From assembly GCF_943788425.1 (NCBI RefSeq), contig NZ_CALSQF010000005.1: a stretch of 64,000 bases of DNA; one strand, given 5' to 3'. The notes beneath the pieces were generated by a model, which was given only the letters and a program-made list of their open reading frames with translations, did not search any database and was not told where the DNA came from. Positions 32,467-42,905 of this stretch are shown here, piece after piece (the stretch's first letter is position 1; the number at the start of each line of letters is the position of its first letter). A program made the translations under genes and the position numbers. The DNA comes from an uncultured Planktomarina sp. Its GTDB lineage: Bacteria; Pseudomonadota; Alphaproteobacteria; Rhodobacterales; Rhodobacteraceae.

Positions 32467-32952
32467 TATATCCACTTGCATCACTCAGCAGGCCCCCGGA
32501 AAGGAGGCCAAAACCGAAGGGATGTCTATTAAGGGCGATGCACGCAACATGGGGGCGGCTCAAAGGCCTGCCTTCATCCAATGTTATAACCTGCGCCTGT
32601 GTCATCGCGTTGCTTTCTATGACAGAGTTTACCTGCCTGTTAATTGCCCTTGCCTTCGATCACATCTGAAAACTAGGGTCATCTCTCGTGGCTCCTAAGT
32701 GCCATTTTCCGTCACAGCCCTGCGCATTTTATAACGTGCAAGAGACTGCGAAAAAAACCAGTCGCTTACGGTGTCTTGCAACCATATAGCTAATTGGACT
32801 CTAAAGGGGAAGCGGGGGGGAAGACAATGGCTAAATGCACTTACGATCGCAATCTCTTGCAAACAGTGGCAGCTTGAGAATTGGACAGGCGAGCAACCCG
32901 CTGATTTGTCCAAAAGATGGTCCCATCTCCTGCCCGTCTTGCCGCACCGATT

Positions 32953-34293
32953 TCAGCCGATATAATCAGCGCGGGTGAGGCTATATTTTGCCATTTTTTC
33001 ATTCAAGGTCCGGCGCGGCAAGCAAAGCTCTTCCATCACACTTGCGATAGAACCCCGATGCCGCCGCATGGTATTGTCAATCAGCATACGCTCAAACGCC
33101 TCAACATATTCCTTCAGCGGTTTGCCTTCGGTCGTCATGACGGGCCGATCATCATCGCCCTCTGACATCAAAAGCGAAGCGATTGTGCCACTTCCTCTGC
33201 GGCTTTGTAATACCGCCCGCTCGGCCACATTGATCAGCTGACGCACATTACCCGGCCATGGGGCCTGAAGCAGTTGCGCCGCCTCTTGGGCCGTGACGCT
33301 GGGGCTGTCGCACCCGTATTCTTCTGCAAACTGATCGGCATAGCGCGTAAAAAGCGTCAATATGTCTTCGCCGCGCGTGCGCAAGGATGGCAATTCAATG
33401 CGCAAACTCGCCAAGCGATAGTAAAGATCAGGACGCAACACATCTTCGCAGGTCTTGCCTTGCTCTTGCAGGTTGCAAATTGCGATGATGCGGGTTTCAG
33501 AGGGATCGCCTTGGGCATTTATGGCTTTTATCAAGCGCGATTGCACCTGATGACTCAAAGCCTCAATGTCCTCCAAGACCAAGGTTCCGCCCCGTGCGGC
33601 TTCTAAGACCGGCAGGCGATCTTCTTCGCCCGCAGGACCAAATAGACGCCGCATAATCGTCTCCTCCTCCTCACCCGCGCAAGAGAAGATAATAAATTTT
33701 TTGCGGGCCCTTGCAGAAACTGCATGAAGCGCATGGGCCACGAGGGTTTTGCCAGTGCCGGTTTCCCCCTCAATCAGCACATGACCATCCGCTTGCCCCA
33801 GATCTAAAATATCTTCCCGCAACCGCTCCATGACGCCATTGGCGCCTACAAGCTTATCCATTATGGAGCTGCCAGAAGATAGTTCACGGCGCAGTTGCCG
33901 ATTGTCCAGTACCAGACGCCGCGCCCGTGTAGCCTTTTTGGCCAAATCTGTCATCGTATCGGGATTAAAGGGTTTTTCCAAAAAATCGAAAGCGCCCATG
34001 CGCATGGCCTCAACCGCCATCGGAACATCCCCATGCCCCGTGATCATGATCACCGGCAGATTGCTATCGATGCCCTTAACCTTCCTTAAAAATTGCATGC
34101 CGTCCATGCCAGGCATTTTGATATCTGTCACGATTATCCCAGGGTAATCTGCGCTCAATCCTTTGAGCGCATCGCCCGCTGAAGCGAAGGTTTCGGTCTC
34201 AAAACCCGAGAGCGCCAACCATTGGCTGATGGATTGCCGCATATCTTGCTCATCATCTATGATTGCAATTTTCATAGCCTGGGCCATGTTCAA
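32953..34293 (-). CDS. response regulator with receiver + AAA+ (EBP/NtrC-type) + HTH domains; no GAFTGA loop visible
   Basis: 446 aa. Receiver IIDDE...DIKMPGMDG, Walker A GETGTGKT, Walker B LVLEDIE and R-finger PGNVRQL. Where GAFTGA is expected the sequence reads RRLFGPAGEEDRLPV. Confidence 0.85.
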   Translation of the reverse strand: MNMAQAMKIAIIDDEQDMRQSISQWLALSGFETETFASAGDALKGLSADYPGIIVTDIKMPGMDGMQFLRKVKGIDSNLPVIMITGHGDVPMAVEAMRMGAFDFLEKPFNPDTMTDLAKKATRARRLVLDNRQLRRELSSGSSIMDKLVGANGVMERLREDILDLGQADGHVLIEGETGTGKTLVAHALHAVSARARKKFIIFSCAGEEEETIMRRLFGPAGEEDRLPVLEAARGGTLVLEDIEALSHQVQSRLIKAINAQGDPSETRIIAICNLQEQGKTCEDVLRPDLYYRLASLRIELPSLRTRGEDILTLFTRYADQFAEEYGCDSPSVTAQEAAQLLQAPWPGNVRQLINVAERAVLQSRRGSGTIASLLMSEGDDDRPVMTTEGKPLKEYVEAFERMLIDNTMRRHRGSIASVMEELCLPRRTLNEKMAKYSLTRADYIG

Positions 34294-36053
34294 TCCTCGT
34301 CTTTGTGGTTATCAATAATCGGCAGCGTCACCTCAAATACAGCGCCCGATTGTTCACTGTTGCGCGCGACCAAACGCCCCCCGAGATCGGATACAATCCC
34401 CGAAGAGATCGCCAAACCAAGCCCAACACCATCGCCGGGTTTCTTGGTGGTGAAAAACGGCTCAAACAGGTCATCAAGGTCTGAAATTCCTTCCCCGTTA
34501 TCCCGCACGGTCAAAGTCGCTGTCTCACTGCCGATCAGCAAGAGCTCGATCTCGGGCATGTCGATCATCGAGGTGGCATCTAATGCATTGCGCAACAAGT
34601 TTACGACGACCTGCTCCAAACGTAATTGATCCCCCATAATCATGACAGGAGTGCTCGGCACTGATGTAGATAAGGAGACTTGCCGCAATTTCAATTGCGG
34701 CTCCATGATTTCCAATGCTCCGTTCAGAGCCGCTCGCACATCCACCGGCACCAAATCATCGCCACCTTTGCGCGCATAGGATTTAAGTTGCCGGGTAATG
34801 GCACTCATGCGGCCAATAAGATCGTCAATCCGTTGAAAAGAGCTTAAGGCCTCATCCATACGTTTGCGTTGTAGCAACAGCTTGGCCCCAGCAAGATAGG
34901 TTTTCATAGCGGCCAAAGGCTGATTCAACTCGTGGCTGACCGCCGCTGACATTTCCCCCAAAGCGGCCAGTTTCGAAGATTGCGCCAGGGTTTGCTCTGC
35001 CACTTGCAGGTTCTTCTCAACCTTTTGACGCTCTGAAATTTCACGCTGCAAACGCAGGTTGAGTTGCCGTAAGTCATCAGATTCTTGCTGGAAAAACAGT
35101 GCACGCGTCAAGGTTTGGCGGGATAATTGGTAAAAAGCTAAGGTAAAGAGGATCGAAAATCCCATGATCTCCAAGGCTAAAACTGCATTAACCCTCTGGC
35201 GAATTCCACCATAGGTCGTGAACAACACCATGTTCCAGCCACGAAATGGCACGCGCAATTCGCGCCGCATAACCGCCCGCCCCTGCACATAGGCATCAGC
35301 CGGCAGGGCGGTCCAATCTTGCGTGGCCCGAATAGCGCGTTCAATCGCACTGGGCGCCGAACGCAGCGCCAGCGCCTCCTCTTCAGGCAGGCCAATCCAA
35401 GTTTTCTCTGTGGCCAAGACAATCGGACCATTGGGAAGAGACACGATCACCGCGTCAGATATTCCCGCCCAAGCCGATTGAAACTTGCGCAAATCCACCT
35501 CAACCACGATCACACCAAGGGTTTTGTTATTGGCAACCACGCGGCGTGAATAGGCAAAATCATACCCGCCCGCATCCATTTTGTGGGTGGTAAACACCGT
35601 TTCGCTGGCCCGGGCAGCCTCGACGAAATGTGGCAAATTGCGTTGCAATTCTCCCAATCGATTGCGATCAGTCGCCGCCACAACGCGGCCATCCAAATCC
35701 AACAGCAAAATTGCCGCCGCACCAATTTCATCCACAAATGACAGCAAGCGTTGCGAGGTCCGCTGATAATCTCTAGAGCTCAAAGCCCCCACCAGCTCCG
35801 CGTCACTGCTGAGCAACCTGGGCACGATCGAGTTGCGTTGCAGCTCGCTGACCATATTGCCAGAGTATAGCGCCAAACGCAGCTGGACACTTTGAAGGGT
35901 GGATTGAGTGAATCTGGCGGTGAGCAACTGGTTGGTAAAATATACGGTTGCGACTGCAATCAAGAAAATCGTCAACAAAGCAATCCGCACCCGCCAAGAC
36001 AGGTTGACGACACGCGGCGCGAGTGTTTCGGAATTTTCAGTAACGGAAGACAT
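34290..36053 (-). CDS. sensor histidine kinase with a periplasmic sensing domain (DctB-like architecture)
   Basis: 587 aa. Two TM segments flank a domain of about 270 aa. H-box SHELNQPLAA and an HATPase domain. ATGA overlap with the regulator. Confidence 0.85.
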   Translation of the reverse strand: MSSVTENSETLAPRVVNLSWRVRIALLTIFLIAVATVYFTNQLLTARFTQSTLQSVQLRLALYSGNMVSELQRNSIVPRLLSSDAELVGALSSRDYQRTSQRLLSFVDEIGAAAILLLDLDGRVVAATDRNRLGELQRNLPHFVEAARASETVFTTHKMDAGGYDFAYSRRVVANNKTLGVIVVEVDLRKFQSAWAGISDAVIVSLPNGPIVLATEKTWIGLPEEEALALRSAPSAIERAIRATQDWTALPADAYVQGRAVMRRELRVPFRGWNMVLFTTYGGIRQRVNAVLALEIMGFSILFTLAFYQLSRQTLTRALFFQQESDDLRQLNLRLQREISERQKVEKNLQVAEQTLAQSSKLAALGEMSAAVSHELNQPLAAMKTYLAGAKLLLQRKRMDEALSSFQRIDDLIGRMSAITRQLKSYARKGGDDLVPVDVRAALNGALEIMEPQLKLRQVSLSTSVPSTPVMIMGDQLRLEQVVVNLLRNALDATSMIDMPEIELLLIGSETATLTVRDNGEGISDLDDLFEPFFTTKKPGDGVGLGLAISSGIVSDLGGRLVARNSEQSGAVFEVTLPIIDNHKDED

Positions 36054-36098
36054 GCACTAGCGTTACGGTGCTACGCGGCGCCATTCAAGCGGCCAAGC

Positions 36099-36767
36099 CT
36101 AGGGCTGGGCCGTTTGCTCCACCAACGCGCGGAAAAGCGCCTGCCCGTCAGCCGATCCCATCTGCGCATCCATCGCCCGCTCCGGATGCGGCATCATACC
36201 CAAAACGCGGCGATTGGCGGATAATACACCGGCAATTGAAGACATTGACCCATTGGGATTGTCGCTATAGCGAAAAGCCACCCGGTCCTCATCCTCCAGA
36301 GCTCTAAGCTCATCATCTGTAGCATAGTAATTGCCGTCATGATGCGCAATTGGCACTTGGATTTCAGGGCCTTGGCTATAGCCAGCGGTAAAGGCGCTGT
36401 CCTGTGTTTCAACGGTCAACCCAACAGTTTTGCACACAAATTTCAATCCCGAGTTGCGCATCAACGCTCCGGCAACCAGACCTGTTTCGCTCAAAACTTG
36501 AAACCCGTTGCAGACCCCCAAGACATAACCGCCACGATTGGCATGATCGACCACCGCCCGACAAATAGGAGATTGCGCCGCAATTGCGCCGCACCGCAGA
36601 TAATCACCAAAGGAAAACCCACCGGGAATCGCCACAAGATCTAGCCCCGTCGGCAATTCGGCGTCTTTATGCCAAACCTTGGCCACATCCGCGCCAGATT
36701 GGCGCAGCGCCTCAACCATGTCACGATCACAGTTCGAACCGGGAAATACAACAACTGCAGCGCGCAT
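36099..36767 (-). CDS. purQ: phosphoribosylformylglycinamidine synthase, glutaminase subunit
   Basis: Trimmed to ATG 36767 ([17 protein letters not shown]...). GVCNGFQ nucleophile motif. Confidence 0.92.
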   Translation of the reverse strand: MRAAVVVFPGSNCDRDMVEALRQSGADVAKVWHKDAELPTGLDLVAIPGGFSFGDYLRCGAIAAQSPICRAVVDHANRGGYVLGVCNGFQVLSETGLVAGALMRNSGLKFVCKTVGLTVETQDSAFTAGYSQGPEIQVPIAHHDGNYYATDDELRALEDEDRVAFRYSDNPNGSMSSIAGVLSANRRVLGMMPHPERAMDAQMGSADGQALFRALVEQTAQP

Positions 36768-36997
36768 TATGCGATGTCCAGCTGATAGCTTTCGATCACC
36801 GCATTCACCAAAAGGCGATTGCACATTTCATCGATCACCGCCGGGTCTGTCCCCTCGGCCAAGTCCAGTTCGATCACCTTGCCCTGACGCACGGAATTTA
36901 CCCCGTAAAAGCCAAGGCCTCCGAGCGCCGATTTGACAGCCTCGCCTTGCGGGTCGAGCACGCCATTCTTGAGCATAACTGTGACGGTAGCTTTCAT
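36767..36997 (-). CDS. purS: phosphoribosylformylglycinamidine synthase subunit PurS
   Basis: 76 aa ([21 protein letters not shown]...). TAATG overlap with purQ. Confidence 0.9.
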   Translation of the reverse strand: MKATVTVMLKNGVLDPQGEAVKSALGGLGFYGVNSVRQGKVIELDLAEGTDPAVIDEMCNRLLVNAVIESYQLDIA

Positions 36998-37013
36998 TGT
37001 CTTGTCCTTCAGG

Positions 37014-37775
37014 TCAGTTGATCAAAGTGGGCTTGCTGATGGGCGCGGGCCTTTCCGGCAAGACCCGTAAACGGCGCGCCACCTCGGCATAGGCATCTGT
37101 CAAACTGCCCAAATCACGACGGAACACGTCTTTATCTAGTTTTTCACCCGTTTTGAGATCCCAAAGCCGGCAACTGTCTGGACTAATTTCATCGGCGATT
37201 ATCAGGCGTTGATAATCACCCTCATAAACGCGGCCAATCTCAATTTTGAAATCCGCAACCCGAATTCCAACCCCATACATAACGCCGGATAGAAAATCAT
37301 TCACACGCAAAGCCAGTGCCAACATATCGTCCAAATCCTGTTGGCTGGCCCAGTTGAACGCGATGATATGTTCCTCTGACACCAATGGATCACCCAGAGA
37401 ATCATCTTTTAAACAAAATTCAACAATCGGACGTGGCAGGGCCGTGCCCTCCTCTATGCCCAAACGCTTGGACATGGTGCCGGCGGCATAATTGCGCACG
37501 ATGACCTCCAAAGGCACGATCTCAACCGCGCGGATCAATTGCTCACGCATGTTGAGGCTTTTGATGAAATGGGTCGGAATACCCAAAGTATTGAGACCGG
37601 TCATGAAAAATTCGGACAAGCGGTTGTTCAACACGCCTTTACCTTCGATGATATCTTTTTTCTCTGCATTGAATGCCGTGGCATCATCTTTGAAATACTG
37701 AACCAAGGTGCCTGGCTCCGGACCCTCATAGAGAATCTTTGCCTTGCCTTCATAAACCAACTTGCGACGTGCCAT
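37014..37775 (-). CDS. purC: SAICAR synthetase
   Basis: Trimmed to ATG 37775 ([22 protein letters not shown]...). Confidence 0.92.
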   Translation of the reverse strand: MARRKLVYEGKAKILYEGPEPGTLVQYFKDDATAFNAEKKDIIEGKGVLNNRLSEFFMTGLNTLGIPTHFIKSLNMREQLIRAVEIVPLEVIVRNYAAGTMSKRLGIEEGTALPRPIVEFCLKDDSLGDPLVSEEHIIAFNWASQQDLDDMLALALRVNDFLSGVMYGVGIRVADFKIEIGRVYEGDYQRLIIADEISPDSCRLWDLKTGEKLDKDVFRRDLGSLTDAYAEVARRLRVLPERPAPISKPTLIN

Positions 37776-38051
37776 GTGACTCTCCGTGCTTTGCTCGCTC
37801 ATATGACAATGTACGACGGGCGGCAAGTCGGCATAGAAGAACTCACCCCCTGCCTACCGCAAGTTTTTCGCCACAGCCGCAGCGCCTAGGATGAGATCAA
37901 ATTGCCCTGCCCTGTTGGAGGGAACGTTTTGGCGGGCCGGGGGGCTGAAGTTTATCGCCAAATTTTCATAATCTTCATGATGAAAATCAATTTCACTCAT
38001 GTTTTGCTTTCAGGCATGACGTAAGATCAAGGTTACTTAGAAGGCCATGAC

Positions 38052-39080
38052 ATGACAACAGACTCGCAAAGCCCTTTGCAGCGTATGCTTGCACAGCGCG
38101 ATTGGCTTTTGGCCGATGGCGCCACCGGAACCAATTTGTTCAACATGGGGTTGTATTCGGGAGACGCGCCGGAGCTCTGGAATATCACCGCGCCAGAGAA
38201 AATCAAAGCGCTGTACAAAGGCAGTGTGGATGCTGGATCCGATCTATTTCTAACCAATTCCTTTGGCGGCAATAGATCCCGACTAAAACTTCATGGTGCA
38301 GAGGCACGCGCCGCCGAACTGTCGCGCATCTCGGCGCAGATTGGCCGCGAGGTGGCGGATGCCTCTGGTCGAGAGGTCATTGTCGCCGGCTCCGTCGGTC
38401 CTACTGGCGAAATTATGGAGCCCATGGGCCCGCTTTCCTATGCGGGGGCCGTGCAAATATTCCACGAACAAGCCGAGGGTTTAAAGGCTGGTGGCGCAGA
38501 TGTGGCTTGGGTTGAGACGATCTCTTTCGGCGACGAGTATCGCGCCGCAGCAGAGGCTTTTGCTCTCGCAGATATGCCCTGGGTCGGCACTATGAGTTTT
38601 GATACGGCCGGGCGCACAATGATGGGTATCACCGCGCCGGACATGGTGAAATTACTGGAGAAAATTCCGAACAAACCGCTCGCCTTTGGTGCCAATTGTG
38701 GCGTGGGGGCATCGGATCTGCTAAGGACGATCTTGGGATTTTCCGGCACTGGTACGCAGGCGCCCATCGTTGCGAAAGGCAATGCGGGCATTCCAAAATA
38801 TCACGACGGTCACATCCAGTATGACGGCACGCCAGGGCTGATGGCCCATTATGCCAGGTTGGCCCGCGACTGCGGCGCAACCATCATTGGCGGTTGTTGC
38901 GGCACCACACCTGACCACCTGCGGGAGATGCGCGCGGCATTGGAAGCGCATGTGCCACAAAACCGCCCGAGCTTGCAGGTGATCGAAGCTGCTCTGGGCG
39001 GCTTTTCCTCAGCCAGCGACGGCACAGATGGCAATGGCCCCACCCGCTTGCGGCAGACCCGAAGGCGTCGCAGCAGCTAA
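38052..39080 (+). CDS. homocysteine S-methyltransferase-domain protein (stand-alone Hcy-binding module)
   Basis: 342 aa. LLADGATGTNL start, and Zn-ligand motifs NCG and GGCCGTTP. Confidence 0.85.
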   Translation: MTTDSQSPLQRMLAQRDWLLADGATGTNLFNMGLYSGDAPELWNITAPEKIKALYKGSVDAGSDLFLTNSFGGNRSRLKLHGAEARAAELSRISAQIGREVADASGREVIVAGSVGPTGEIMEPMGPLSYAGAVQIFHEQAEGLKAGGADVAWVETISFGDEYRAAAEAFALADMPWVGTMSFDTAGRTMMGITAPDMVKLLEKIPNKPLAFGANCGVGASDLLRTILGFSGTGTQAPIVAKGNAGIPKYHDGHIQYDGTPGLMAHYARLARDCGATIIGGCCGTTPDHLREMRAALEAHVPQNRPSLQVIEAALGGFSSASDGTDGNGPTRLRQTRRRRSS

Positions 39081-39218
39081 GGCGCGTCAACCACCACAAA
39101 CTGGCAGCAGTTGGCAAAAGGTCGGTAGCGGCAGACTTGTTGTCGCAATCGGTGAAGACCAAAACGATCCGCCGACCGCATACGGGTAAAGATACATAAC
39201 ACAAGAAGGCGCTGGCCA

Positions 39219-39926
39219 ATGTCTGACCAAGAAGACGATATCATCCTATCCGACTTGAATGACGAAGATCTCGTCGCTCAAATGTTTGACGATCTCTACG
39301 ACGGCTTGAAAGAAGAGATCGAAGAAGGCGTTAACATTTTGCTGGAACGCAAATGGGAGCCTTACCGCGTTTTGACCGAGGCTTTGGTGGGTGGCATGAC
39401 CATCGTGGGCAATGACTTCCGAGACGGCATTTTGTTTGTGCCCGAAGTACTCCTTGCCGCCAATGCAATGAAAGGCGGCATGGCTATCTTGAAACCGTTG
39501 CTGATTGAAACCGGCGCGCCGCGCGTGGGCAAAATGGTGATTGGCACGGTCAAAGGTGATATCCACGATATCGGCAAAAACTTGGTCGGCATGATGATGG
39601 AAGGCGCCGGATTTGAGGTTGTGGATCTTGGTATCAATAACTCGGTCGAATCCTATCTCGAAGCCATTGAAGCTGAAACTCCAGATATTCTGGGCATGTC
39701 TGCACTGTTGACCACGACAATGCCATACATGAAAGTTGTGATCGACACGATGGTCGAAAAAGGCATGCGCGATGATTACACTGTTTTGGTTGGTGGAGCG
39801 CCACTGAATGAGGAATTTGGCAAGGCGATTGGCGCTGATGCCTATTGCCGCGATGCCGCGGTTGCTGTGGAAACGGCCAAGGAATTCATGGCCCGTAAAC
39901 ACAATAGTTTGGCCGCCAACGCATAA
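39219..39926 (+). CDS. corrinoid (B12)-binding protein, cap + Rossmann B12-binding domains
   Basis: 235 aa. DxHxxG motif GDIHDIGKN and SALLTTT. The 236-aa antisense ORF across the same span has no motifs. Confidence 0.88.
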   Translation: MSDQEDDIILSDLNDEDLVAQMFDDLYDGLKEEIEEGVNILLERKWEPYRVLTEALVGGMTIVGNDFRDGILFVPEVLLAANAMKGGMAILKPLLIETGAPRVGKMVIGTVKGDIHDIGKNLVGMMMEGAGFEVVDLGINNSVESYLEAIEAETPDILGMSALLTTTMPYMKVVIDTMVEKGMRDDYTVLVGGAPLNEEFGKAIGADAYCRDAAVAVETAKEFMARKHNSLAANA

Positions 39927-40007
39927 CAAAACCCAGCAAAACGCTATGCGGCCCAATAGGTGTTGGGTGGGGCCGATTTTGCAACAACCACGCGGAGATG
40001 AAGTGAG

Positions 40008-40652
40008 ATGGTAAAGCCCGTTTCAGACGATCAGCTCGCGACCGAAGGCATGCAGCTGCACAGTCAAGGTCGCGTGCTGCTGATTGCCTGTGGGGCTTTG
40101 GCACGGGAAATCCTGGCATTGATGAAGGCAAATGGTTGGCAGCATATGGATTTGCAATGTCTACCTGCCGTCTACCATAACACCCCAGATAAAATTACGC
40201 CAGCCGTCAAAGCCTGTATCGAAAAATATCGGAGCGACTATTCGGAGATTTTTGTAGCCTATGCCGATTGCGGCACCGGGGGGCAGCTACAAACCCTCTG
40301 CGATGCGATGGGCGTGTCGATGATTTCCGGGCCGCATTGTTACAGTTTCTATGAGGGCAACGCCGCCTTTGAAGCGCGCGAAGAGCTAACTTGCTTTTAT
40401 CTCACTGATTTTTTGGTCCGACAGTTTGATGCTTTCTTCTGGCGACCTATGGGCTTGGACAAACACCCGCAATTGCGAGATATGTATTTTGGAAATTACA
40501 CCACCCTCGTCTATCAAGCACAGCTCAAAGACGCCGCACTTAAGGCCAAAGCGCAGGACTGTGCGCGTCGAACGGGGCTTGCCTTTGAGTATCGCTATAC
40601 CGGATATGGCGATTTGACGCCGGCTTTGTCCGCGCTCTCCCCGACCTCTTAA
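40008..40652 (+). CDS. DUF1638-like protein, typically linked to corrinoid methyltransferase genes
   Basis: 214 aa, directly downstream of the corrinoid protein. Family assignment is from memory of this gene neighbourhood and was not computed. Confidence 0.6.
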   Translation: MVKPVSDDQLATEGMQLHSQGRVLLIACGALAREILALMKANGWQHMDLQCLPAVYHNTPDKITPAVKACIEKYRSDYSEIFVAYADCGTGGQLQTLCDAMGVSMISGPHCYSFYEGNAAFEAREELTCFYLTDFLVRQFDAFFWRPMGLDKHPQLRDMYFGNYTTLVYQAQLKDAALKAKAQDCARRTGLAFEYRYTGYGDLTPALSALSPTS

Positions 40653-41059
40653 GCCGCCGCTGCTGCCGTCTGCACCACGCGTGCCACCATGGCCGTCAAT
40701 CCGTTTGACCGCTGCGAGGACAGATGTTCATTAAGGCCCAATCGCGCCAATTCCGCGGTAACATCGACCTTGCCAATTTCATCAATAGCAAGACCGGAAT
40801 AAAGCGTTATTAGCACTGCGATGAGCCCACGCACGATGATCGCATCGCTGTCGCCAATGAAGGTCAGATTGCGATTTTCTATGGTAATATGCAGCCAGAC
40901 CTGTGAGGCACAGCCCTCAACCTTTTTGGCCGGGACTTTGAGCGCCTCTGACATATCAGGCAGAGCCTTGCCCAGCTCAATCACATGCCGATAACGTTCC
41001 TCCCAATCATCTAGAAATTCAAATGTTTCAACTAGATCTTCAAAACCGGCTTGCGCCAT
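40649..41059 (-). CDS. sufE: cysteine desulfuration protein SufE
   Basis: 136 aa. VEGCASQVWL active-site Cys motif. Confidence 0.85.
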   Translation of the reverse strand: MAQAGFEDLVETFEFLDDWEERYRHVIELGKALPDMSEALKVPAKKVEGCASQVWLHITIENRNLTFIGDSDAIIVRGLIAVLITLYSGLAIDEIGKVDVTAELARLGLNEHLSSQRSNGLTAMVARVVQTAAAAA

Positions 41060-41094
41060 GGAACTCTCCTATCTCGCTTGCATCTGGACCATGG

Positions 41095-42252
41095 TCACAG
41101 CTCAAACAGTTTCACTTTGTTGCCCTTCACAGCCAAGCCCACCTTGCCTTCACAAAGCCGCAAAGCATCCGAGCCGAAGACATCCATCCGCCACCCCTTT
41201 AAAGACGGCACGTCACGTTGCCCAGCGGCCAAAGCATCCAGCTCGGCCGTGCTGGCGATCATCTTTTGCGCCACATCAGAGCGTTCAGATTTGGCTTTCA
41301 ATAGCACCCTTAAAAGATCGGCCAGAGCCGGATTGACCTGGAGCTTGTCGTTCACCTTCGGCAGCCGTGGATAGCTGTCCGTATCCATAGCGTTCACCGC
41401 TCTGATCGCGCTCAAAATTCCTTCAGCGATGTCACCTTTGCGCGCTTCGCGCAGCAACAGGCGCGCCTTGTTTAAATCTTCCAGCGTGCCGGGTTTCGTG
41501 GAGGCCAACTCGACCATCGCATCATCTTTAAACACGCGATTGCGCGGTATATTTCGCGTCTTTGCATAAGATTCCCGAAAGGCGGCCAATTCGCGCACAT
41601 ATGCGAGGAACTTATTTGAATTTGTCCGTGTTTTCACACGGCGCCATGCCTCAGATGGAACAGTATCATAGATGGAAGGTTCCGTTAAAGATTGAGTTTC
41701 CTCAACCACCCAAGCGGTGCGCTTAGTGCGCTCCAGCTCAGCTTTTAAAAATTCATAGACTCCCCGCAAATGGGTCACATCCGCCAGCGCATAGGCCTTT
41801 TGCGCCTCGGTCAGCGGGCGTCGCGACCAGTCGGTAAAGCGCGAAGATTTGTCCACCTGTTGCTTGACTATTTTGCGCACCAAAGTCTCATAGCCTACCT
41901 GCTCGCCAAAGCCGCAGACCATAGCCGCGATTTGCGTATCAAACAGAGGCGTCGGAAAAATTTCAGCATCATTCCAGAAAATCTCAAGATCTTGACGCGC
42001 CGCATGGAACACTTTCACGACCGAAGTGTCGCTAAACAGGCGGTACAGCGGCTCAAGCGACATATCAGACGACAGAGGATCGACCAAAACAGCATCCCCC
42101 TCACCATCTCCCGGAACCGCCATTTGTAACAAGCAAAGCTTCGAATAGTAGGTACGCTCTCTGAGAAACTCAGTGTCTATGGTCACATAGGGATGGCCCT
42201 GCGCCCGTTTGCAAAAGGCGTCGAGCTCGGCTTGTGTGGTCAATGTATGCAT
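41095..42252 (-). CDS. rnd: ribonuclease D
   Basis: 385 aa. DEDD 3'-5' exonuclease motifs (IDTEF, HAARQDLE) plus an HRDC region. Confidence 0.88.
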   Translation of the reverse strand: MHTLTTQAELDAFCKRAQGHPYVTIDTEFLRERTYYSKLCLLQMAVPGDGEGDAVLVDPLSSDMSLEPLYRLFSDTSVVKVFHAARQDLEIFWNDAEIFPTPLFDTQIAAMVCGFGEQVGYETLVRKIVKQQVDKSSRFTDWSRRPLTEAQKAYALADVTHLRGVYEFLKAELERTKRTAWVVEETQSLTEPSIYDTVPSEAWRRVKTRTNSNKFLAYVRELAAFRESYAKTRNIPRNRVFKDDAMVELASTKPGTLEDLNKARLLLREARKGDIAEGILSAIRAVNAMDTDSYPRLPKVNDKLQVNPALADLLRVLLKAKSERSDVAQKMIASTAELDALAAGQRDVPSLKGWRMDVFGSDALRLCEGKVGLAVKGNKVKLFEL

Positions 42253-42330
42253 GGGCTATCCGGCTGTTTGAGAGATATTCGGGACACAATATGGCGAAAC
42301 CCTATGAAAAGAAAGCGGCCATAACTTGAG

Positions 42331-42894
42331 TTAGCTAGGCGGCTCAAAACGGGTCAAAAAGGCTCGCAAGATCTTTGGATAGAGCAGGTGTTCTTGCACC
42401 AGTACGCGATCTGCAAGATCCTGGGCCGTGTCACCGGGCAAAATGGGAACTTCACTATATCCCAAAATCGGGCCGGCATCCAATTGCGGCACAACCTCAT
42501 GCACCGAGCATCCCGCAAGCCAGTCACCGGCCTCCAAGGCCCGCCGATGTGTGTGGAGCCCTTGATATTTTGGCAAAAGCGAGGGGTGAATATTGATCAT
42601 ACGCCCATGCCAAGCGCTGACAAAACCCGCGCCCAAAATTCGCATAAACCCAGCCAAACATATCACATCAATCTCATAGGCCATTAGGATCTTGTGCAGC
42701 TTAGTTTCAAACTGGGCCCGGTCGTTACCAAAACTTCGGTGGTCCAGAACTTCTGTGGCAACGCCCATCGCCTGTGCCTTGGCCAGCCCACCGGCCTCCG
42801 GCCGGTTGGACAGCACCAGACGCGCCCGCCCGGGATGGGGCAGAGCCATATCCTCAAGCAACCGCTGCATGTTACTGCCGCCACCAGAAATCAA
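42331..42894 (-). CDS. purN: phosphoribosylglycinamide formyltransferase (true start probably upstream, up to 42912)
   Basis: ISGGGSNMQ loop. The ORF-track start is a TTG inside the expected first beta-strand. The frame is open upstream as AILNVAIL. Confidence 0.88.
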   Translation of the reverse strand: MISGGGSNMQRLLEDMALPHPGRARLVLSNRPEAGGLAKAQAMGVATEVLDHRSFGNDRAQFETKLHKILMAYEIDVICLAGFMRILGAGFVSAWHGRMINIHPSLLPKYQGLHTHRRALEAGDWLAGCSVHEVVPQLDAGPILGYSEVPILPGDTAQDLADRVLVQEHLLYPKILRAFLTRFEPPS

Positions 42895-42905
42895 AATAGC
42901 AACGT

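Noticed and set aside
37827-38051. A possible riboswitch (SAM-II or cobalamin type) in the 276-nt divergent region between purC and the Hcy-methyltransferase gene. A TTTGGCG...CGCCAAA hairpin is present.
   Set aside because: By eye I could not match the conserved cores of either riboswitch class. One hairpin alone is not evidence. It would need a covariance-model scan.
39246-39956. A 236-aa minus-strand ORF covering the whole corrinoid-protein gene.
   Set aside because: The plus-strand product carries the B12-binding DxHxxG and SALLTTT motifs, while the antisense product has no motif. It is a typical shadow ORF in GC-biased coding DNA.
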